From NCBI GenBank assembly GCA_963664815.2, contig CAXXHB010000002.1, forward strand, positions 608,001-672,000: DNA of 64,000 nucleotides. Direction: 5' to 3'. Origin of the DNA: Spirochaetota bacterium (GTDB lineage: Bacteria; Spirochaetota; UBA4802; UBA5550). Positions 30,405 to 40,719 of the stretch are shown here, piece after piece. Each line of letters starts with the position of its first letter. Position 1 is the stretch's first letter. The position numbers were made by a program, and so were the translations under genes. A model generated the notes under the pieces. The model was given only the letters and a program-made list of their open reading frames with translations. It made no database searches and had not been told where the DNA came from.

Positions 30405-30995
30405 TTATCTTATCGTAACACTTTTAAATCTGTAATATCTGCAACCGGACCTGCCTGTACGTTTAATGATCCATGAAGATGTTTTGTACTCTGCCGGAAC
30501 AATTACAGTTTTTGAGGAGTCCTCACATTCAATAAACACCCCGGAATTAGCTATGTCAACACTATTTATGTCGTCTACCGGTTCCGGGTTTGAAGTGATA
30601 GTCAGAACTATTTCGGTTTCATCAAGTTCATATTTTTCAAGAGGTTTATACCTTGGATCAAGGTACAGAGCGCCTTTGATATAATCACGCAGAATGATGG
30701 ATGGAGAACTGAAACTGTGATTGAATGCACCGTAGCAGCCGCGTACTGTACCTTTTTTTATAAGGGTAATGAACATTCCCGTACAGTCGGGATTTGCAGG
30801 AAGAGCAAAGTCAAGGCCGGGGTACTTTTTGTCTCCTGAAAGAATTACGCGCGCGGTCTGCATCATCCATTCTTTGAGGAACCTTTTACCGGCTGAATGA
30901 GAAAACCCTTCCCATTTGTCAAGACAGGAATCTGACGCGGCAGTAAACAAGATAACTGAAAGGATTGTAATAATAAAAACAGTTCTGCTTGACAT
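30405..30995 (-). CDS. AMMECR1-domain protein with an N-terminal signal/TM segment
   Basis: GMFITL...VRGCYG and A..DPRY.PL..EL motifs, with a hydrophobic N-terminus. Start uncertain (30995 ATG or 31031 TTG). Confidence 0.8.
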   Translation of the reverse strand: MSSRTVFIITILSVILFTAASDSCLDKWEGFSHSAGKRFLKEWMMQTARVILSGDKKYPGLDFALPANPDCTGMFITLIKKGTVRGCYGAFNHSFSSPSIILRDYIKGALYLDPRYKPLEKYELDETEIVLTITSNPEPVDDINSVDIANSGVFIECEDSSKTVIVPAEYKTSSWIIKRTGRSGCRYYRFKSVTIR

Positions 30996-31128
30996 AGAAT
31001 GAATATAGCTAAGTCCGCTTTTAAGAAGCAAGAATAATTTTCATGATATTTAAAATGTTTTTTTGATTCCGGATTGATTTTTAATTATTTATAAGCATTA
31101 AGAATAAAATATATGATGAGGTCTGATA

Positions 31129-31497
31129 ATGAGCACAGAAAAAAAGATTACATACATTATTACCTATGGAGATGATAATCCGGAGAAGGCTACTCTTCCT
31201 TTTATGCTGGCGAATATTGCAATGACTATGGATGTAACTCCGGTAGTGGTACTTCAGAGCAACGGGGTTATGCTTGCTGTAAAAGGTTATGCCGAGAAAG
31301 TTCATTTCAAGGATGGAATCTCACTTAAACAGCTGATGGAAAATTACACAGGAGCCGGGAATAATCTTCTGCTCTGCGGTCCATGCTTTGAAACACGGAA
31401 TCTCAAGGAGGGGGATCTGATTGAAGGAGCGATCATAGTCGGCGCGGCAAGGGTGACAGAGGAGGTGCTTTCAAGTATAAATGTAATTACCTATTGA
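31129..31497 (+). CDS. DsrE/DsrF-like protein
   Basis: EKATLPF.LA, GV.L..KG and LCGPC motif. Confidence 0.85.
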   Translation: MSTEKKITYIITYGDDNPEKATLPFMLANIAMTMDVTPVVVLQSNGVMLAVKGYAEKVHFKDGISLKQLMENYTGAGNNLLLCGPCFETRNLKEGDLIEGAIIVGAARVTEEVLSSINVITY

Positions 31498-31541
31498 AAT
31501 AAAATCTCTGCACTTTATTATATAAATTGTGTTGATATATA

Positions 31542-31587
31542 TTTACCGGTAATGAATATACGCGGGCTGTAATTCATTACCGGTAAA
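31542..31587. repeat. 16-bp perfect inverted repeat
   Basis: TTTACCGGTAATGAAT ... ATTCATTACCGGTAAA. Confidence 0.8.
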
Positions 31588-31750
31588 GAACATACTTTTA
31601 AAAACTCTATGGTCAATTCAGCATTTTTATAAAATGCCGGTATTAAATTTATCAGCATGTAAAAACAAAAAATACTTTTCTTTCTGAAACTGAAGTTTTA
31701 AAAGTGACATCAGTTTATGTTAATGAAAATAACTGCCGGAGGAATAAATT

Positions 31751-32614
31751 TTGAAAAAAGCATCCATAGCCTTTATCGGAGGATCGGGCCTTTACGATAT
31801 AGAAGGGGCAAAACTAATTGAACAGCTCGACATCGAGACACCCTGGGGTAAACCGTCGGATAAAATTGATATTGTGGATATTGAGGGAACAACGGTCGCT
31901 TTTCTTCCAAGGCACGGAAGAGGGCATTACTGCGCCCCGCACCAGCTTAACACAAGGGCCAATATTGCCGCTCTTAAAATGATAGGTGTTGAACAGATAA
32001 TTGCGTTCTCGGCAGTGGGGAGCTTAAAAGAGAACATACCCCCTCTTGATTTTGTTCTTCCCGACCAGATAATAGACAGGACAAAGGCAAGACCGTCGAC
32101 ATTTTTCGAGGATGGTGTTGTAGCGCATATGGGTTTTGCCGATCCCTTCTGTAACAGACTGCACGACATTATACTTCCCGTGGCAAAAGAACTGGGGCTT
32201 AAAATGCACACCGGAGAAACACTGGTTGTCATGGAGGGGCCCGCTTTTTCCACGAGAGCTGAGAGTAAACTCTACAGAGCATGGGGTGCCGGAGTTATTA
32301 ATATGAGCACGATACCGGAGGCAAAACTTGCCCGTGAAGCGGAAATGTGCTATGCTGTTATATGTATGAGTACAGACTATGACTGCTGGCATGAGAGCGA
32401 AGAGGATGTAACAATAGATATTGTGATAAACAATATGAACACAAACTCTGCCAATGCAAAAAATCTTGTGAGGAAGCTTGCGGCAAAACTCGGTAAAGAG
32501 CGGACCTGCGGATGTAAAGAGGCAATGAAATTCGCGGTAATTACAGCCCCGGAGAAGAGGGACATTGTTCAATCTAAAAAGCTGAGCGCAATTCTCCCTG
32601 AATACTTTCAGTAA
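31751..32614 (+). CDS. mtnP: S-methyl-5'-thioadenosine phosphorylase
   Basis: IGGSGLY, PRHGRGH, MEGPAFSTRAES and STDYDCWH. Confidence 0.95.
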   Translation: MKKASIAFIGGSGLYDIEGAKLIEQLDIETPWGKPSDKIDIVDIEGTTVAFLPRHGRGHYCAPHQLNTRANIAALKMIGVEQIIAFSAVGSLKENIPPLDFVLPDQIIDRTKARPSTFFEDGVVAHMGFADPFCNRLHDIILPVAKELGLKMHTGETLVVMEGPAFSTRAESKLYRAWGAGVINMSTIPEAKLAREAEMCYAVICMSTDYDCWHESEEDVTIDIVINNMNTNSANAKNLVRKLAAKLGKERTCGCKEAMKFAVITAPEKRDIVQSKKLSAILPEYFQ

Positions 32615-33873
32615 AAAACGGATGCGCCGGCAATGAAATTGATATAGACGCTTGTATCTTCAAGTTTCATTGAGACCGACGATGTATCTGATTTCATGTG
32701 CGATCGGTAGTAGTATGAGCTCAGGCCGAAGAGAAGATTAACATCTTCGGCCGGCTTGATTTCCGCGCCTGTTATAAGACTGTAAATGATATAATCTGTT
32801 TCTCCGGTTTTTATCCTGTCATCATCCGCAGTATCAGCGCTGAATGTTTTTGCTCCTCCGCCGAAACCCAGCTGAAGATTTCTGTTGTACCTGAAGCTAA
32901 AACCACCTGTTGCACCTGCTGAATATCTGATAAAGGTCCGGCTTTTCTTTTCAGCCATCACGCCGGCATCATCATCCTTAAGTTCCTTTTTGCTGTTGTC
33001 AAAGGGAGACCCAGTAGTCACCTCCATGTTGAAATGAAACCTGTTTGTAAAATTATATTTGAAACCCAGAATATATTCAAGTCCGCTGTTTCTGAAAATA
33101 TATGGAGATACCTTCTTTTGATTTTCGTCAAATGGGGAGAGGTTGTTTCTGTATGAGTATTCCTGTTTTTCGCGGACAAATCCGCCGGACTTTATTATTG
33201 CGCCGATGCTGCAGTTATTGTCTGAATAATAGTATCCACAATTAAGACTGCATATAAGTCTTTCGGTAGAGATTTCCATGTTATAATTCTTATTTGAAAA
33301 ACCGCTTTCAGTTTTTTTCTTTGTGGAGGTTGATGATGATATACCTGTTTCAAATTGCAGCCCGGCAGACTGGTTCCTGTCTAAATTACCGCCCCAGGAT
33401 ATTACTGTTGATATGGCGGATGATTTTTTTTCTTCAATCGAATCATTTTTAATGTAAACCGGACCTGGAGCATATTCGCCGGTTATTGAAAAGCGGCTTT
33501 CACTTTTTGTCAGCTGTTCGGCTCCTTCAGGTTTTGTTATTGCAATACCCAATGCGCTGTGGTCAAACCGGTTTACATATGACAGGGAGAGTGTTCCATT
33601 ATATTTTTCCTCAGAAGAGGCTTTGATGTTCGTGTTTGACAAAAGTGGTATATTAACATCACCTGATATTTCATTATAAACATTCCATGAATAGGAGCAG
33701 AAAGTTCCGGCGGAATTTTTTTTCTGCCTGCTCATGAGGGCAGGGTTACGGAGAGCATTGAAACCGCTGTCATAATCAACAGAGGTCACGCTTCCGGACA
33801 ATAAAGCCTCGGAGTATGAATTTGTACCGGCCAGTACTACTAATAATAATATTATGTAATATCTGAAATTCAT
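32608..33873 (-). CDS. Predicted outer-membrane beta-barrel protein (FadL/OMPP1-like)
   Basis: Signal peptide, NPA motif near the N-terminus, amphipathic strands and a C-terminal aromatic residue (SVFY). Confidence 0.6.
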   Translation of the reverse strand: MNFRYYIILLLVVLAGTNSYSEALLSGSVTSVDYDSGFNALRNPALMSRQKKNSAGTFCSYSWNVYNEISGDVNIPLLSNTNIKASSEEKYNGTLSLSYVNRFDHSALGIAITKPEGAEQLTKSESRFSITGEYAPGPVYIKNDSIEEKKSSAISTVISWGGNLDRNQSAGLQFETGISSSTSTKKKTESGFSNKNYNMEISTERLICSLNCGYYYSDNNCSIGAIIKSGGFVREKQEYSYRNNLSPFDENQKKVSPYIFRNSGLEYILGFKYNFTNRFHFNMEVTTGSPFDNSKKELKDDDAGVMAEKKSRTFIRYSAGATGGFSFRYNRNLQLGFGGGAKTFSADTADDDRIKTGETDYIIYSLITGAEIKPAEDVNLLFGLSSYYYRSHMKSDTSSVSMKLEDTSVYINFIAGASVFY

Positions 33874-34215
33874 GCGGTAGTTCCTTTACATAAAAATGTG
33901 TACTGAAATTTTTTTGTAACATTGTTAATTATATGTAATATAAATAAAAGTAATAAAAAATAATTCATATTTGTTTGACAAAAAGTGAGAGTTTAAATTA
34001 ATCGGTAGCAGGTAAATAATAATTAATTACTCATACAGCGGTAAATTGGATATAAAAAACATGGAGGGTATAATATTTTTTTAAAAAAAATTTAAACTCT
34101 ATTGACTTTTGGTATTTTATTCTTTAATTAAATACAACATGATTGTTATATGAAAATATCTTCATGTTTTTGTATAACCAAATCAAATCCTCATAAAAAG
34201 AACCGGCAAAATTAA

Positions 34216-34243
34216 ACAGCCCACCCCGGGCTGTATTTTTTTT
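34216..34243. terminator. Intrinsic terminator
   Basis: ACAGCCC-ACCCC-GGGCTGT followed by a T8 tract on +, with a weaker T-rich tail on -. Confidence 0.65.
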
Positions 34244-34287
34244 CTTATCACAGGCTGAAGAATTTTTTTAAATATATATTCAGATAA

Positions 34288-35583
34288 TCAGATAACCTGC
34301 AGAAATTTCAGAATATCTGATCTTGTTATAATCCCGACGAGTTTTCCGTTATCCATTACTGGGAGATGACCAATGCCGTTGATAAAGAGAATATTTTCAA
34401 TCTCTCTCATATTGGCCCCGGAAGAACATGTAACAAGCTTTGTTCTCATGTATGCTTTAACAGGAGAGTTCATCTGATCTTTTTTTCTCCCCTTCATAAT
34501 ATCACGAAGTGTAAACATGCCGCAGAGTTCATCCTTATCATTAAGAACCGGCGCACCCGAGAGATCCATCTCTTCAAAAAAAATGGATGCATCCTTAAGA
34601 GACCATGTTTCTTTTATCGTTACAACATTTTTTGTCATCATATCTTCGGCAGTTACCGCGTGCTGAAGCTGTATTGTAAGTGTTTCCAGAAGGTTTTTTA
34701 AAATATCTCTCCCCTCCCCCTGTTTGACAAGAGCAGAAGCCGCCTTTGAGTGGCCTCCACCGCCGAAGGGCTTAAGTATGTCGATAAGATCAATTACGTT
34801 TTTTCCGCTTCTTCCTATTATTACGGTAGTGCCCGGTTTTTTAAAATGGAATACACCAAAAATGGCATCGGGATTTTCAATGTTAAAAATCTCTTCGATA
34901 ACCGCTGCAAGACCTGCGGCCTGTTTTTCCATGGAGTAGTAGCTGAATACTATCTGATGGCCATTAATATCCTGCCACACGAGAGTATTCATTATATCAT
35001 GAAAAAGAGAAACCTGATATTCCTCTTTAAGGGATTTCAGAAAATTGTTAACAAGCTTTATATCAGCATGATGCTTAAGAAGATATGATGATACCCTGAA
35101 ATCGTCCTCATGTACATTATCGTGTGTAAAGTTTCCTGTATCTGCATAAATTCCGGTAAGTGCTATTGTAGCATCTTTTGGTGATATTGATATCCGGTTT
35201 TTCATAAGTTCCAGCCCGATCATTGTAGTGTTGGAACCGAAATTCCCTTCATTAACTACAGCCCCTTCGAAGTCACAGGAATCCGCCGAGTGGTGGTCGT
35301 AAATTACAATCTCTTTCACATCATTTTCAATAACATCAAAATATTCTTTTACTCTTGAACGTGATCTGGTGTCGACCATTACAACTCGTTCAATATGTTC
35401 ACCCTTTAATTCATCTACCGGCTTGAAATCCAGATGGTATTGGTACAGGTTAACAAGATTTTTTGCCGCGGGGTGGATAAGTCTGCTGATTACAGGAACA
35501 TGATCCGGATAGAGATATTTAGCCAGAACAATGGAACCTATGCAGTCAAGATCCATGTTTGTATGTCCGATAATTATTTTCAC
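34288..35583 (-). CDS. DHH/DHHA1 phosphoesterase with a tandem CBS pair
   Basis: GHTNMDLD, YDHH, DTG and GGGGH motifs, then two CBS domains. Confidence 0.9.
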   Translation of the reverse strand: MKIIIGHTNMDLDCIGSIVLAKYLYPDHVPVISRLIHPAAKNLVNLYQYHLDFKPVDELKGEHIERVVMVDTRSRSRVKEYFDVIENDVKEIVIYDHHSADSCDFEGAVVNEGNFGSNTTMIGLELMKNRISISPKDATIALTGIYADTGNFTHDNVHEDDFRVSSYLLKHHADIKLVNNFLKSLKEEYQVSLFHDIMNTLVWQDINGHQIVFSYYSMEKQAAGLAAVIEEIFNIENPDAIFGVFHFKKPGTTVIIGRSGKNVIDLIDILKPFGGGGHSKAASALVKQGEGRDILKNLLETLTIQLQHAVTAEDMMTKNVVTIKETWSLKDASIFFEEMDLSGAPVLNDKDELCGMFTLRDIMKGRKKDQMNSPVKAYMRTKLVTCSSGANMREIENILFINGIGHLPVMDNGKLVGIITRSDILKFLQVI

Positions 35584-35858
35584 ATAAACCTGCTATGAGA
35601 GTAATTCCAGAAATTTATCAATTACTCTATATAAAACGGCTGCAAGAGTCAAGCCATAATATTCAGACAGACAGATGATTATTCATGAATTCCTGTATAA
35701 ATGATTTTTATCTGAATATCGTAAAATAGAATTGTCATATAAATTAAAAAAAGTTAATATATAAAGAGGGTTTTCAGAGATTTTTTAATTAAATTCAGAA
35801 AGTAAAAAAAGAATTATAACGGTAACAATGACTGAAAACTCAATACAGGGGGCGGACT

Positions 35859-36752
35859 TTGAATGATTCCAGGCCATTGATTCTGATTGTTGAGGATAGT
35901 TCCGTAAACGGGAAACTCTGTGAAAGACTGCTTAATAAAAACGGGTTTGATACAGCTGTATGTTCTGATGGTGAAAGCGCAATTGAATTTGTTAACAGCA
36001 ATTCCCCCGACCTTATACTTCTGGATATAATAATGCCTGGAATTGATGGTTACGAGTTTTGCAGGGTTATCAAGAACAACCCAAAAATCAGGCATACCCC
36101 GATAATTTTTTTAAGCTCCATGAATGATGAAAAAAGTATAATAAAGGGATTTGAAAGCGGTGCTGTTGATTTTGTCACAAAACCATTCAGGCATCAGGAA
36201 CTTATTGCGAGGACTAAAACCCATATTGAACTGAAGCAGACAAAAGAAAAGCTTCTCCGTATGGCTATAACGGATGAATTAACAGGGCTTGTCAACCGCA
36301 GGTATTTTATGGGGAGATTACTCCATGAATATGAGAGAATCAGAAGATATGAATCGGTATTCACCCTGTTAATGATAGACCTGGATCATTTTAAAAACGT
36401 AAATGATTCATTCGGGCACCAGGCGGGAGATGTTATACTGAGAACTGTTTCGGATACCATGAAATTAAGTCTGAGGCTGTCTGATATCATCGGCAGAATA
36501 GGGGGGGAGGAGTTTGCTGTTATTCTTCCGGAAACAGAACTTGGCCCCGGCATGATAATAGGAGACCGGCTCAGAAAAAGGGCGGAAGCCCTTGAAATTC
36601 CACACAAAGAATGTAAAATCAGGATGACAATAAGCATCGGAGCATCACAGTCTTCAAAAGATGATTTAAGCATAGATGAAGTTCTTCAGCGGGCAGACCT
36701 GGCCCTATACAGGGCAAAGGAGAACGGAAGAAACAGAATCTACTCGGAGTGA
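35859..36752 (+). CDS. Response-regulator diguanylate cyclase (REC-GGDEF)
   Basis: LLDIIMP receiver domain, DLDHFK.VND, RLSD I-site and GGEEF. Confidence 0.95.
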   Translation: MNDSRPLILIVEDSSVNGKLCERLLNKNGFDTAVCSDGESAIEFVNSNSPDLILLDIIMPGIDGYEFCRVIKNNPKIRHTPIIFLSSMNDEKSIIKGFESGAVDFVTKPFRHQELIARTKTHIELKQTKEKLLRMAITDELTGLVNRRYFMGRLLHEYERIRRYESVFTLLMIDLDHFKNVNDSFGHQAGDVILRTVSDTMKLSLRLSDIIGRIGGEEFAVILPETELGPGMIIGDRLRKRAEALEIPHKECKIRMTISIGASQSSKDDLSIDEVLQRADLALYRAKENGRNRIYSE

Positions 36753-37028
36753 TACTGTTTCATCTGGCGGTACGCTTTTAAGCATTTCCAGTAGCCGGGA
36801 ATGAGTCCCCATGCTGTAAAAGATGTGATAGTATAAACAGTCCCTTTTCCCGGCCGGTCATGTCAATAATCTTTACCATGAATAGAATAATTTCCCTTTG
36901 ATAAGAGTAACTTTTCCGGAAATTGTTTTTCTTCTTTAAAAAGCAGAATGCCGGATTATAAAAACAGAATAACAGACTGTCAGTGTAAAAAGTTTTATTT
37001 TAATGAACAAACTTCCGATCAGGTATAT

Positions 37029-39173
37029 ATGGATAATTTTTCGACATTTATAATTCCGCCGATACTCTGTCTTGTTACAGGATATTTCCTTGCTACAATA
37101 TCTGTTATCTGGGGGAAGGTTAAAAAAGAGAGCATTCTGCTGGCTCTGATCTGCTTCTGGTGGACTCTTCTTTCCTATTCATTTATTTATCACAATATTG
37201 AAACTGATCAGGCCAGGGTTATGACAGTGGAGAGGATTGTACATACTTTCTATGTCTTTGCCCCCTTTGTTTCAATTGCGTTTTTTCAGGTAACTATAGA
37301 TAGGGTAAATAAGGCCGTGCTGTTTGGCAGTCTTGTAATCAGTACGGCATTGGCATTTTTTGTACGGACACCATATTATTTTTACGGATTTTATACATAC
37401 AGGTGGGGAATGATTGCCAGGGGGGGGGTTGCTTTCCAGGCCTTTTCACTCTATGGAATTGCAGTTTCAGTTTATCTGTTCATCATTTTTTTTAAAAGAA
37501 TCCGTGAAGAAGAAAATCATCTTATCAGGCTGAAATTATTTTATCTTTTCGCAGCATGTTTCATCTACGCAGTATTTACATTTACCAACTGCCCTGCAAT
37601 GCACGGAATAGATTTTTATCCTCTCAGCAATTTTATATTCATTCCTCTTGGTATAATGACATACGGGGTATTAAAGTACAGGCTTGTCAGAATAGGCAGC
37701 GTATTCCAGATGTTTGTCTTCTGGCTTGCTTTTTCTTCGATGATTGCGATTCCGAATTATTTTATATTTATTCTTATAAAAAATAATTTTATGAGACTCA
37801 ACTCCGTCAGGCTTGTGATTATATTCCTGATCTGGTATTTTGTCAATTATTACTATTTTATCAAAATACAGCCGCTGATAAATCAGTTGTTCAACAGAAG
37901 AAATTACAACCTTTCAAGGATGGAAAAAATATTTATTAAAGATCTGGCGATGCTGAAGAACCTTGATGATCTCATCTTCCAGATGACGGAAATGTTGAAG
38001 AGAGCGCTCCATGTGGAATATGCTTCTCTTTATATAAGAAGGGGATATGCCGGAGGTTATATCGATTCGCAGGGAAAATCCCTTAACATAGAAATAGAAA
38101 CGGAACAGGTTCTTTTGAACGGTAATTTTTTTGAGAAGAGCCTTATCGAGTCAGATGAGGAGTTGAACGATTCAATGGGGCCCGTTCTTCATCTTTTTAA
38201 TTCTTCCAGGAGTGAATATATTGTCCCTCTGGTGCACCAGAATGAACTTATAGCAATACTTGCTTTGAAGAAAAAAATTAATCGTGAAAGTCTTAAGGAC
38301 AAAGAAGTTGAGTTTATCTGCAATCTCAGTTATTATGCAACGATAGCCCTTGCAAATTCGGTTATGTACCAGAATCTTTCCGATATGAAGGATAACCTTG
38401 AAAAAATTGTTGAGGAGAGAACGGCTGTAATAGAAAAGCAGAAATACAACATGGAGAGCGATATACAGCTGGCGCGGAAAATACAGATGGCACTGCTCCC
38501 GGCAAACATTCCTGATTTAAAAAAATTAAAGATAGCATTTAAGTACGAACCGATAATGGGTGTTGGCGGTGATTTCATAGATATTCATTACAGGGAGGGG
38601 ATGAATGAACTCGGTTTATTCATCTGTGATGTCTCCGGGCATGGAGCATCTTCGGCAATGATAGCATCCATGGTCAAGATGTCGTTAAATTCATGGGGAA
38701 AGTTTATTAAGAGCCCTGCAAGGGCGTTTGCTGAGATAAAAAATCTTTTAAGGGGTAAAATAGGTGATAACTTTATCACTGCCTATATGTGCTGTATAGA
38801 CCTTAAAAGCGGGGTCATTACTTCGGCATGTGCCGGACATCCTGCAATGGTTATTATAAGAAAAAACAGTGAAATTGAGCTTGTAAAACCGTCAGGTTTA
38901 ATTCTGTTCGACCTGAAGGATTCTGTGTATGAAGAGGCAAGGAGTGTTCTGAATGATGGTGATAAGCTTGTATTATATACAGATGGAGTATTTGAGACCA
39001 TAAATTCGGCAGGGGAGATGATAGGGGTGGAGAGGTTTATACAGATGCTGAAAGAAAATTACTATCTGAATGCTGAAGGTTTGTGTCAGAAAATTTACAA
39101 TGATATATTTACCTTCCCGGGAAATATCATAGAAGACGATTTTGCTCTTCTGGTTGCCGAATACAGGGACTAA
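37029..39173 (+). CDS. Multi-TM sensor-GAF-SpoIIE phosphatase
   Basis: N-terminal TM helices, a GAF-like segment, then VGGDF, CDVSGHG, YTDGV and EDDF. Start probably MDNFST at 37029 (track start 36948). Confidence 0.88.
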   Translation: MDNFSTFIIPPILCLVTGYFLATISVIWGKVKKESILLALICFWWTLLSYSFIYHNIETDQARVMTVERIVHTFYVFAPFVSIAFFQVTIDRVNKAVLFGSLVISTALAFFVRTPYYFYGFYTYRWGMIARGGVAFQAFSLYGIAVSVYLFIIFFKRIREEENHLIRLKLFYLFAACFIYAVFTFTNCPAMHGIDFYPLSNFIFIPLGIMTYGVLKYRLVRIGSVFQMFVFWLAFSSMIAIPNYFIFILIKNNFMRLNSVRLVIIFLIWYFVNYYYFIKIQPLINQLFNRRNYNLSRMEKIFIKDLAMLKNLDDLIFQMTEMLKRALHVEYASLYIRRGYAGGYIDSQGKSLNIEIETEQVLLNGNFFEKSLIESDEELNDSMGPVLHLFNSSRSEYIVPLVHQNELIAILALKKKINRESLKDKEVEFICNLSYYATIALANSVMYQNLSDMKDNLEKIVEERTAVIEKQKYNMESDIQLARKIQMALLPANIPDLKKLKIAFKYEPIMGVGGDFIDIHYREGMNELGLFICDVSGHGASSAMIASMVKMSLNSWGKFIKSPARAFAEIKNLLRGKIGDNFITAYMCCIDLKSGVITSACAGHPAMVIIRKNSEIELVKPSGLILFDLKDSVYEEARSVLNDGDKLVLYTDGVFETINSAGEMIGVERFIQMLKENYYLNAEGLCQKIYNDIFTFPGNIIEDDFALLVAEYRD

Positions 39174-39176
39174 AAA

Positions 39177-39869
39177 TCATATAATCCTGTCCACAACACC
39201 CTTCGCATGAAGTGCAGTAGTGTTTAAAAACGGGAGCCCTGCAACATCTCCATCTGAAAGAATCAGCGGGAGTTCAGTACATCCGAGAATTATTCCGTCA
39301 ATTCCCGCAGCAGATTTCATCTCATTAATAATATTTATGAATTTATTTCTTGTATCGTCTTTTATAATTCCGGATACAAGCTCTCCGAAAATTTTTGTAT
39401 GGATAAACTGTCTGGCATCATCACCCGGTGTTTCTATACCGATGTTTTCCTTTTCAAAAACTTTATGATAAAAACGGTTGTTCATGGTAAAAGCTGTTCC
39501 GATCAGCCCGGCTTTTTTCAATCCAACGCGTTTAGCTTCACTACATGTCACATCAACAATGCTGACAAGCGGTATCTCTGAGAGATCTGAAAGTTCGTCA
39601 AATACAAGATGGGGGGTATTGGATGCAAGAAATGCAATATCAGCGCCTGAATCTGAAAGTGTTTTTATTCCCTTTGAAAGAAACCTGACAAGGCCGGCTT
39701 TATTGTTGTCTTCAATATAATTTATCATTTCAGTCATATTGATACTGTTTATTATAATTTCAGGGTAACTTCCGTCGTTGACCCTGTCCCTGTAATAACT
39801 TACAATAAGCCTGTAGTATTCTACAGTTGCTTCAGGACCTACTCCGCCGATTATACCTATTTTTTTCAT
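39177..39869 (-). CDS. Aspartate/glutamate racemase family protein
   Basis: IGIIGGVGPEAT..YY, SNTPH and LGCTELP. Confidence 0.9.
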   Translation of the reverse strand: MKKIGIIGGVGPEATVEYYRLIVSYYRDRVNDGSYPEIIINSINMTEMINYIEDNNKAGLVRFLSKGIKTLSDSGADIAFLASNTPHLVFDELSDLSEIPLVSIVDVTCSEAKRVGLKKAGLIGTAFTMNNRFYHKVFEKENIGIETPGDDARQFIHTKIFGELVSGIIKDDTRNKFINIINEMKSAAGIDGIILGCTELPLILSDGDVAGLPFLNTTALHAKGVVDRII

Positions 39870-40050
39870 AATACACTCCCAATTCTTCGTTATATTCAGG
39901 GGTTGTTCAGAGATAAAAAATTTCCCCGCCCTTAATGTATGGGTCAGTGGCAGTTGACAGAATGATTTATTGAATCATAATCTGCTCCCCCGCGACCCTC
40001 ACCCATTTAGGGTAAGGGCTTTCCTGACTGCAGGGGCAGAATAAAAAAGA

Positions 40051-40563
40051 TTATTTCCTGTCGAGAACTGCATTCCACTCTTTTATTCTGTCAGAAACCT
40101 TTTCCAGCAGGGATGAGGTGTCTCCTTCGATGACAATTGATTCAATAATATCACCCTGTTTTATACTGTTTACTACCTTCTGGTCGTCGTCACTTACTAC
40201 AGAACCGAATACAGTATGCTTGCCATTAAGCCATGCAGTCGGGACATGTGTAATAAAAAACTGGCTGCCGTTAGTTCCCGGTCCGGCATTTGCCATAGAG
40301 AGTTTTCCCGGTTTATCATGGGGAAGTTTGGGTGTGCATTCATCCTCAAATTTATATCCGGGTCCCCCCGTACCTGTTCCTAATGGGCATCCACCCTGTA
40401 TCATAAAATCAGCGATGACCCGGTGAAACTTAAGTCCGTTGTAAAATCCTCTGTTGGCAAGGTTTACGAAATTACCAACAGTTACAGGGGTTTCATCCGC
40501 AAAGAGATTTAAGTTTATGTCCCCTCTGGATGTTTTAATTTTTGCTGTTATTCCACTCATCAT
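40051..40563 (-). CDS. ppiA: Cyclophilin-type peptidyl-prolyl isomerase
   Basis: [31 protein letters not shown] and KHTVFG. Confidence 0.95.
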   Translation of the reverse strand: MMSGITAKIKTSRGDINLNLFADETPVTVGNFVNLANRGFYNGLKFHRVIADFMIQGGCPLGTGTGGPGYKFEDECTPKLPHDKPGKLSMANAGPGTNGSQFFITHVPTAWLNGKHTVFGSVVSDDDQKVVNSIKQGDIIESIVIEGDTSSLLEKVSDRIKEWNAVLDRK

Positions 40564-40719
40564 TTTTTCCTTTAATTAATTTTTATAGTACATACTTTTC
40601 ACAGGAGTATTTTACTGTCAAGAAATGTTGCCATGATTTGTAACATACATCTCTTCATGTATTTTTCAGGGATTGAACTCGATACGGCAGGAAAAGCAGT
40701 ATTTTATAATGTACCAAAC

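Noticed and set aside
39921-40045. Cobalamin riboswitch (CTGCCCCTGCA and GCCACTG on the - strand)
   Set aside because: The AGGGAA/CCGGTG-AA core and the B12 box are missing, and the downstream gene is unrelated.
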